From IMG/VR virus record IMGVR_UViG_3300017553_000001, positions 1-61,419 of that record: a stretch of DNA of 61,419 bases; one strand, given 5' to 3'. The position numbers and the translations under genes were made by a program. The notes beneath the pieces are model-generated. The model saw nothing but the letters and a program-made list of their open reading frames with translations. It ran no database searches and was not told the DNA's origin. The stretch's first letter is position 1. Each line of letters opens with the position of its first letter. The stretch comes from a virus (taxonomy: Duplodnaviria; Caudoviricetes). Below, one piece after another: positions 55,787 through 61,419 of the stretch.

Positions 55787-56188
55787 CTAACGGAAGCGCT
55801 CTTCCGATACAACATCTTCGCCGGCTGCGTCGTCGACAGTTGCCGACAGCGTGATCTCGTCCAGGATGCTGATAACGTTGTTCATCTCGTGGACTGCCTG
55901 CTCGATCAGCGTATCCCACACCGGATCGTTCACATCAATGCCGACAGATGCCGCAAGCTCGCCGGCGCGTCGTAGCGCCTCGTAGTATTTCTCGCGGCCC
56001 TGAACCTCAAGGCCCGGAGCGATCTGCTCCGTCGCAGCAACGGCCAGGCGTGCGATCTCACGCACCTTCTGCAGCTGCTCAGCTGAGACCTTCGTACGGA
56101 TATACGGAATAACGACGCTGGTAAGCACGACGCCCGCCAAGCCCACCAGCGCAACCAGAACCGCCGAAACCGCTTCAATCACCGACAT
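55787..56188 (-). CDS. Holin (LL-H-like)
   Basis: Single N-terminal TM; AVAATEQ...GREKY..A...LIEQAVHEM; follows the endolysin. Confidence 0.8.
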   Translation of the reverse strand: MSVIEAVSAVLVALVGLAGVVLTSVVIPYIRTKVSAEQLQKVREIARLAVAATEQIAPGLEVQGREKYYEALRRAGELAASVGIDVNDPVWDTLIEQAVHEMNNVISILDEITLSATVDDAAGEDVVSEERFR

Positions 56189-56245
56189 GCGTTTGATCCT
56201 TTCCGGCACCCGGCCGAATGACACCTACCAACCTGATGGGTGAAC

Positions 56246-57775
56246 TCATCCAGAGAGATGATCGATCTCGGCCTGCAACGACTGGATTACCGTGCGGAGC
56301 TTCTCGATCTCTGCACGCGCTTCCAGCAACTCGGCGCCGATCAGTCCACGTGTGACCTGTCCGTTCGGCTGCAGCTCCAGCCGTGCCCGCTGCGCGTACT
56401 GGACGAGCTTGCCGTCCTCGACGATCGCGCCGCCGAGCATGTAGCCAGTCGTCATCCAGTCCTTCGCGGCAATCTCGTCACGGAACGGCACCGGAATCCA
56501 CAGATCGCCGAACGGACTACCCCACGGATCCGGCACGGCCGGCGGGACAACGATCGGGTTCGTCGGCTCGCCAGGTTCCGGCTGGCCCTGGATGCCGTAG
56601 AACGCTTCCAGCGCTTCGACGGTCGCGACTGCCGCCTTCTGGTAGAAGCCGGGACTATCGACGATTGCGCGATCGTCCATGTTGCTGTTGGATGCTCCGT
56701 ACTCCATCAGCAACCGCTCCGTGTTCGCCTTCAGCCCGACTGAGCGCGAGAACCACGCCAACTCGCCAGCGTTCGTGGCCGACTCAGCCATGCTGCCGTC
56801 GTTGCGCATCGGCATGCCGGTCGCATCGCGCAGCCGACGTGAGATGTCCTGTCCAATACGGCGCGCGTCAGCGTCGAAGTCGTCCCGTCCGGCATTGCTC
56901 GGATAGACGCCGAAGGATCCGCGCACAGCGGGGTTGGTGCCCTCGAAGTGGACCTGCAGCAACATTCGCGCTCCGTGCTTCTGTGCCTGCTGCGCACACC
57001 AGACGGCGACCTCGCGGTACGTGCCAGCGAAGGGATCGACCTGGCGGATGACACGGAAGCCGCGACGCTCCGCCTCATCACTGATGGCGATCGCCAACGG
57101 CCGCGTGCGCGCACGCTCCTCGCCGCCCCAGTCGTCACCAGTGCTATCCCAGTGCCCGGCCGACACGACGATCGTGATCGGCTCGGCATTACCCTGCTCG
57201 CCGGCGTCGGCGTAGCGATTCATGAAGTCCAGCATCGACCGCAAGTACCCCTTCGGGTCGTTGCGATCGCCGGCCGGTGCCCAGACGAGCGTGCTCGGAT
57301 GATCGAAAATCTCGATGATCTTCGTACGCGCCGGATAGGTCTGTTTCGTGATGGGGTGCGTGCTGACGCCGTTGTAGACCCAAGCCTTCGTCACTAGTCG
57401 CGCGACGGTCGAGATCAGCCCGTCCATCCAGTCACGGAAGACGGGAAATTCGCCGGTCAGGCCCGGAACAGAGTCCACAACCGGCACACCACCGAACGTC
57501 GGATCGCGCGTGTTGCCCCATGAGTGCGTCGTCCGCGCCACACCTTCGCGACCCATCTGCGATTCGTGGCTGAACATCGCGAGCGCAAAGAGCGGGTCGA
57601 GGTTCTTCCCGTCTTCCGTCTTGGTCGCGATGATCTTGTCGAAATACTCGCCGACGTCGCGCTCGGAGATAACGGCCGGCGCGGCGAGCTGCTTGAGCAC
57701 GGCGATGAACCGCTCGCGACTGATTCGGCTGGCACCGCCCTGTACCAGAAACGGGGAGTCGGCAGTAATCGTCAT
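56246..57775 (-). CDS. Endolysin: lysozyme/glucosaminidase-like domain, Amidase_3 domain and envelope-binding repeat
   Basis: DPLFALAMFSHES...WAPAGDRNDP..Y; SAGH..E..VHFE..LMEYG; VQYAQRARLE...GLIGAEL. Confidence 0.8.
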   Translation of the reverse strand: MTITADSPFLVQGGASRISRERFIAVLKQLAAPAVISERDVGEYFDKIIATKTEDGKNLDPLFALAMFSHESQMGREGVARTTHSWGNTRDPTFGGVPVVDSVPGLTGEFPVFRDWMDGLISTVARLVTKAWVYNGVSTHPITKQTYPARTKIIEIFDHPSTLVWAPAGDRNDPKGYLRSMLDFMNRYADAGEQGNAEPITIVVSAGHWDSTGDDWGGEERARTRPLAIAISDEAERRGFRVIRQVDPFAGTYREVAVWCAQQAQKHGARMLLQVHFEGTNPAVRGSFGVYPSNAGRDDFDADARRIGQDISRRLRDATGMPMRNDGSMAESATNAGELAWFSRSVGLKANTERLLMEYGASNSNMDDRAIVDSPGFYQKAAVATVEALEAFYGIQGQPEPGEPTNPIVVPPAVPDPWGSPFGDLWIPVPFRDEIAAKDWMTTGYMLGGAIVEDGKLVQYAQRARLELQPNGQVTRGLIGAELLEARAEIEKLRTVIQSLQAEIDHLSG

Positions 57776-58155
57776 TGGCGGATCCCTTTCACGCTGCGGA
57801 TGATGCGCCGGCGTCGCCGGCTGCGGATTTCGGAGCGCAGGCGTGCCCAGAGAACGACTGCGAGAAGAAGAATGACGACTGAGGTGCCCTGCAAGGTGAG
57901 CGGATCAATGCTGGCCTGAGTGGCGCGGATGAAGCCGATGACTGAGAACGCGAGCTTGACGGCCGTCCAGTCGAGCTCGTTGTCAGCATCGTTGATGAAC
58001 AGCATGCGAGCGCCAGCCGACGCTTCCACAACGCCGGCGTCGAGCAGCCGGATCGCGTCTTGCACCTCACGCCACAGCAGGCAGTGATGAATCGCACCCC
58101 AGAGGGGAATGAGTACCCAGGCGATCGTGATGACGTGACCGAGATTAGTGAGCAT
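57772..58155 (-). CDS. Multi-TM membrane protein (lysis cassette)
   Basis: Three hydrophobic segments and a basic C-terminus. Confidence 0.55.
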   Translation of the reverse strand: MLTNLGHVITIAWVLIPLWGAIHHCLLWREVQDAIRLLDAGVVEASAGARMLFINDADNELDWTAVKLAFSVIGFIRATQASIDPLTLQGTSVVILLLAVVLWARLRSEIRSRRRRRIIRSVKGIRQ

Positions 58156-58402
58156 CCCGCGTCGCCCCAAGTTGGCGGCGCGGCGCGGACTGGCGGCGTT
58201 GCGTTGCCCTCCGCTGCCGGACTTCCTCGATCTTCGGCATCAGCTCCGACTGTTCCTCATACAGTGCGACCCAGTTGGACAGGTCCTCAAGTCGCTGTTC
58301 GTGGCGCTCAATAGAGACGTCGATCGCGTTCCGTCGCACTCGATCCGCGTTCGGAAAGAAGATTGCGTTCAGGATCCGCTTCAACATCGCCTTCACCGCC
58401 AT
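58145..58402 (-). CDS. Hypothetical protein
   Basis: 85 aa, coupled. Confidence 0.5.
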   Translation of the reverse strand: MAVKAMLKRILNAIFFPNADRVRRNAIDVSIERHEQRLEDLSNWVALYEEQSELMPKIEEVRQRRATQRRQSAPRRQLGATRDAH

Positions 58403-58674
58403 TACCGTCCGGTCCGTGCCTGATTCTCAACGGCCTCAATCACGTCCATCATGCGTTCGTTCAGCTCGTCGGAAGCTTCGATGACGTCCATCATCCGTTC
58501 GGTCAGGACAATGGTTTTCTCGACGATCGCGTTGAGGCGTTCGTTCCGATCGACCTCGCGCCGGAGCGTTCGGCCGGCCGCAAGGTCCTCACGAACGATC
58601 ATGAACAGGATGACGAACAGGGTTGCGCCGACTCCCCCTGCCGCAATCGTGTTCCAGCCCTCAACCAGCGTCAT
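58402..58674 (-). CDS. Membrane protein with coiled coil (holin/antiholin-like)
   Basis: N-terminal TM; duplicated ERMMDVIEA. Confidence 0.55.
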   Translation of the reverse strand: MTLVEGWNTIAAGGVGATLFVILFMIVREDLAAGRTLRREVDRNERLNAIVEKTIVLTERMMDVIEASDELNERMMDVIEAVENQARTGR

Positions 58675-58907
58675 TAGCGAATGATCTCCCGCGTGATGCA
58701 CACCACTGCGCGCATATCCAGCATCTCGATCTCAACCAGTGCATCATCCGCTGGCGTCCAGTGCAGCTCGCCCTGTCCGATGTACTCACCATCAGGCCCC
58801 TGCGGCGGCGGGACGACGCTGTGACCGACGGCCTGGATCGTTACAACCGGACCCGATGCGAGATAGAGATTGAGCTTGTACGGCTCCCGTGCTTCCTCAG
58901 TGACCAC
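58674..58907 (-). CDS. Hypothetical protein
   Basis: GTG 58907, fills the gap between neighbours. Confidence 0.45.
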   Translation of the reverse strand: MVTEEAREPYKLNLYLASGPVVTIQAVGHSVVPPPQGPDGEYIGQGELHWTPADDALVEIEMLDMRAVVCITREIIR

Positions 58908-59325
58908 GGACGACCGTGCCCTTCTCCGGCAGCGGTTCCGGCTCCGGCGGCGTGGCGCGTGCCGCCTGGCGTGCCTCCGCACGCCGCGCCTCCTCAGCCT
59001 GAACGGCCTTCATTTCCGCTACGGCGACCGAGCGTCCGACGCCGCTGGTAAACCGCGTGCGGTTCACCATGACTTGCGCTTCGGCCGGCAGCGTCTTGCC
59101 CTGCGATGCGGAGTAACGCTCGGCATAGTCGCGGCGCTCATTGATCGCTGCGTCGATGATGTCCTGTGTCAGCATCGAGATTGACGGCACCATGACCTGC
59201 GCCTGATCGACAAGCACTGGTGTCTGGCTTGTATCCTCGTCCGGATCACGCACAAACCACTCGATCGGCAGCACCACCGGGCCATTTGGCCCAGCCTCGA
59301 ACGGCTGCTTCAGCCGGTAGTACAT
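58897..59325 (-). CDS. Hypothetical protein
   Basis: AGGAGG RBS; operator at 59352-59368 upstream. Confidence 0.65.
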   Translation of the reverse strand: MYYRLKQPFEAGPNGPVVLPIEWFVRDPDEDTSQTPVLVDQAQVMVPSISMLTQDIIDAAINERRDYAERYSASQGKTLPAEAQVMVNRTRFTSGVGRSVAVAEMKAVQAEEARRAEARQAARATPPEPEPLPEKGTVVRGH

Positions 59326-59410
59326 CGAGACCTCCTAGCAACTACGAGCGTTACCGCTTTCATAGGTAGTCCTGTGCCACCATCCTACAGCGGCCGCCAA
59401 GTTCGACTGC

Positions 59411-61419
59411 TTAGCCGATCGGTACGACGCTGGTGGTCGTGGCCCACAGCGTCACTTCCAGCTCGGCATCCATGAGCTGCGCGCTACTCAGTTCGATCGT
59501 GTTTGTCTGTCGGCGTGGCTGGCCCTGCCCGTCCACCAGATACGGCGTAATGTCGACCGTGAAGTCGTTGTCCCACGGTCCGCCCAGCGCTGCGGTACGG
59601 TCGGTGCCGTTGATCGTCAGCGTCATCTGCGGCGCAGACGGGTTCGGCCCCTGGAAGACGCCGTAGACAAGTGCGTGCGTGTGCGGCGTCAGCTCGTGGT
59701 TGTGCGGACTGACTGAGTGCGTATGCGGCGAGATCGTGTGTCGGTGCGCGCCACCTGCGATCGCCGTCTGGCCAGACACGCTATGGGTGTGATTCAGCAC
59801 GCCGTGGGTGTGCAGATTCTCGGACTCGCTGGTGAAGCCCGTGATCGTGTGCTCATGCGCCTGCGTCTGCTGTGTATAGAGCGATGTGATTGTCGGCGAC
59901 GTGCCGTTGCGACCGACGTAGACACCGAACGACGGCGAGCCGGTCGGCGACTCATTGAAAATGAGCTGCTGTATGTATGCCGGATTCGACCATCCCGAGG
60001 TTGGGTTTGCTTGCCCGATGAAATGAAAGTGCAGGCCGCCGGGTTGCGTCGTCTTGCCGGTGACGGAGTGCGTATGCGGAGAACCGCCCTGCGATGTATG
60101 GCCACCACCGGATGGAGTAACAGCCGCTGTGATGGCGTGCGAGTGGTTCGCTGCCTCTTCACTGGTGCCGCCACCACCGGCTGAGATGACGACAACCGTG
60201 TCGAGCGACGTGTGGCCGCCGCCGGCTGCTGCTCCAGTGACGTTCGATCGCACGCGACGCTTGCGAACGGTCAGCTCCGCCAGGCGTAGCGATGTAATGC
60301 GCTGATCGAGCCGCACGTTGAAGCGTCCGGTCTTGCCAGCGTCGATCGACTCAACGTACGGCCCGTATGTGTTGACGAAGGTGAACGGTCGCGCGGCCGT
60401 CTGAACCGACCAGAGGTCTTCTAATGCCTTCGCGATCACGTCAGCGTCGCTAGGAGTCTCTCGATCGACCGTTGAGACCTTCACCGACCAGCGATCGACG
60501 CCATCTTCATCGAACTCGCGGGTATAGCCCCTTAGCCACACATCGCGGTCGATGTCCCGCCAGACGTGCGCGCCCTGCGGTGTCTGGACGACGCCGCGGT
60601 AACGCAGGCGGACCGTGTCGCCGACACGGATCCGCACCTGTCCATTGAGGACGTGCCTCAGCCCCAGCGCCTCGAATGCGTAGCTCTCCTGAACCTGCCC
60701 ATGCCACGAGAGCCAGGCTGCGGCGACGTCATAGAGCACGTTTGCAGCGTTGCGGATTTCCGCCGGCGAGTTGGACAGCGGTACGATGTCCTTGACTGAC
60801 AGGACCTTCGATCGCGCGCCGTAGAGCGCCACGCTCTCAGCATCCTCAATCAGCCAGTACGGATTGCCATCGCGACCAGTTATCTGCTCGATCGGGTGCG
60901 GCCCGGTACGGTCGCTATATTGCAGCGTCAGTGCGTTGATGCCCTCGCCACCGCCCAGCGGGACAACGCGATTCCAGAGCTCATCCTGCTGATCGGTAAT
61001 GACAAGGTTCGATGAGATGGGATGCACGGCCATGTTGCCGTCCGGCGCGACGACCGGAACGTTGGTCATCACAAGCCCGGAAGACGCGCCCAACGGTCCA
61101 ATTTCGACCTGTCGGGTCAGGTTGCGCTCGCGGACGTGCCAGCCGAACATCTCGGCGGCCTTCACCATTGCCGCCCACTTCGACAAGCCCGTGTACTGTG
61201 CAGTAACACGCTTGTCGCCCTCTGTGGCAACTGCATAGGCTGTCCAGCCGGTGCCATCAAGCAGATCATCCACTACATCCGGCAGCGGCTCATTGTCATA
61301 GGTCGTGCCGATCATGGTGTTGTCCCACACCAACTCGCGCGCGAGCGAGTCGCCATGGATCGTCATGATGGCTGCGTTATCCGGCGTGATCTGGATGTCC
61401 GATGGACCAACGACGCCAC
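59411..61419 (-). CDS. 3' part of the origin-spanning tail protein (Tal/baseplate-hub-like region plus HxH-rich fibre segment)
   Basis: NRVVPLGG, IED.ESV.LYG, VGDTVRL; repeated HSH/HTH motifs. Confidence 0.85.
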   Translation of the reverse strand, partial: GVVGPSDIQITPDNAAIMTIHGDSLARELVWDNTMIGTTYDNEPLPDVVDDLLDGTGWTAYAVATEGDKRVTAQYTGLSKWAAMVKAAEMFGWHVRERNLTRQVEIGPLGASSGLVMTNVPVVAPDGNMAVHPISSNLVITDQQDELWNRVVPLGGGEGINALTLQYSDRTGPHPIEQITGRDGNPYWLIEDAESVALYGARSKVLSVKDIVPLSNSPAEIRNAANVLYDVAAAWLSWHGQVQESYAFEALGLRHVLNGQVRIRVGDTVRLRYRGVVQTPQGAHVWRDIDRDVWLRGYTREFDEDGVDRWSVKVSTVDRETPSDADVIAKALEDLWSVQTAARPFTFVNTYGPYVESIDAGKTGRFNVRLDQRITSLRLAELTVRKRRVRSNVTGAAAGGGHTSLDTVVVISAGGGGTSEEAANHSHAITAAVTPSGGGHTSQGGSPHTHSVTGKTTQPGGLHFHFIGQANPTSGWSNPAYIQQLIFNESPTGSPSFGVYVGRNGTSPTITSLYTQQTQAHEHTITGFTSESENLHTHGVLNHTHSVSGQTAIAGGAHRHTISPHTHSVSPHNHELTPHTHALVYGVFQGPNPSAPQMTLTINGTDRTAALGGPWDNDFTVDITPYLVDGQGQPRRQTNTIELSSAQLMDAELEVTLWATTTSVVPIG
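61297..61419 (+). repeat. Terminal direct repeat, copy 2
   Basis: Identical to 1-123. Confidence 0.97.

Noticed and set aside
61297-61419. Biological direct terminal repeat of the virion DNA
   Set aside because: It falls mid-gene and is an exact short overlap, typical of circular assembly; real termini cannot be inferred without reads
1-61419. tRNA genes, diversity-generating retroelement, introns/inteins, stop-codon recoding
   Set aside because: No cloverleaf, reverse transcriptase, TR/VR pair or interrupted core gene recognised by eye, and genes tile well under code 11; tRNAscan-SE and Infernal are still needed to exclude RNA genes
1-61419. Apparent abundance of GATC/CGATCG as a HIP1-like signal
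   Set aside because: Plausibly explained by ATC and GAT codon use at high GC; cannot be supported without a k-mer observed/expected calculation

Overview
The window is an apparently complete, circularly permuted temperate siphovirus-like phage genome of about 61.3 kb. Bases 1-123 are repeated exactly at 61297-61419. The host is inferred to be Chloroflexota (probably Thermomicrobia) from host-type '[10 protein letters not shown]/QYxQRARLE' envelope domains. Late genes run on the minus strand from terS (~22.4 kb) through head, tail and a 2090-aa tape measure, across the contig junction (a ~1311-aa tail protein the ORF track only partly calls) into a lysis cassette. A putative attP, tyrosine integrase, CI-like repressor and Cro/Xis-like genes form the switch. 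Plus-strand early genes include a replication initiator with internal iterons, a DUF4326-PolX fusion, a truncated C5 methyltransferase, an SNF2 helicase/N-MTase pair, RtcB, MazG-like and TGT/DpdA-like genes. Accessory genes include a Panacea antitoxin with a Fic-inhibitory SxxxEG helix paired with a Fic protein, and two secreted host-like paralogs. The strongest unexplained structure is regulatory. (i) Four near-identical sigma70 promoters with a GTATC-N6-GATAC operator drive small-gene cassettes (ArdC, DUF2786, SWIM) ending in an HTH gene. (ii) A two-hairpin RNA leader (ACGG loop, then a GAAAGGA SD held in the loop of a covarying stem) recurs at those promoters and upstream of a leader peptide coupled to the replication initiator. 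(iii) A TACCGCT-N3-AGCGGTA operator occurs genome-wide, often in 15-bp-period arrays. All calls come from reading motifs by eye; no searches were run.
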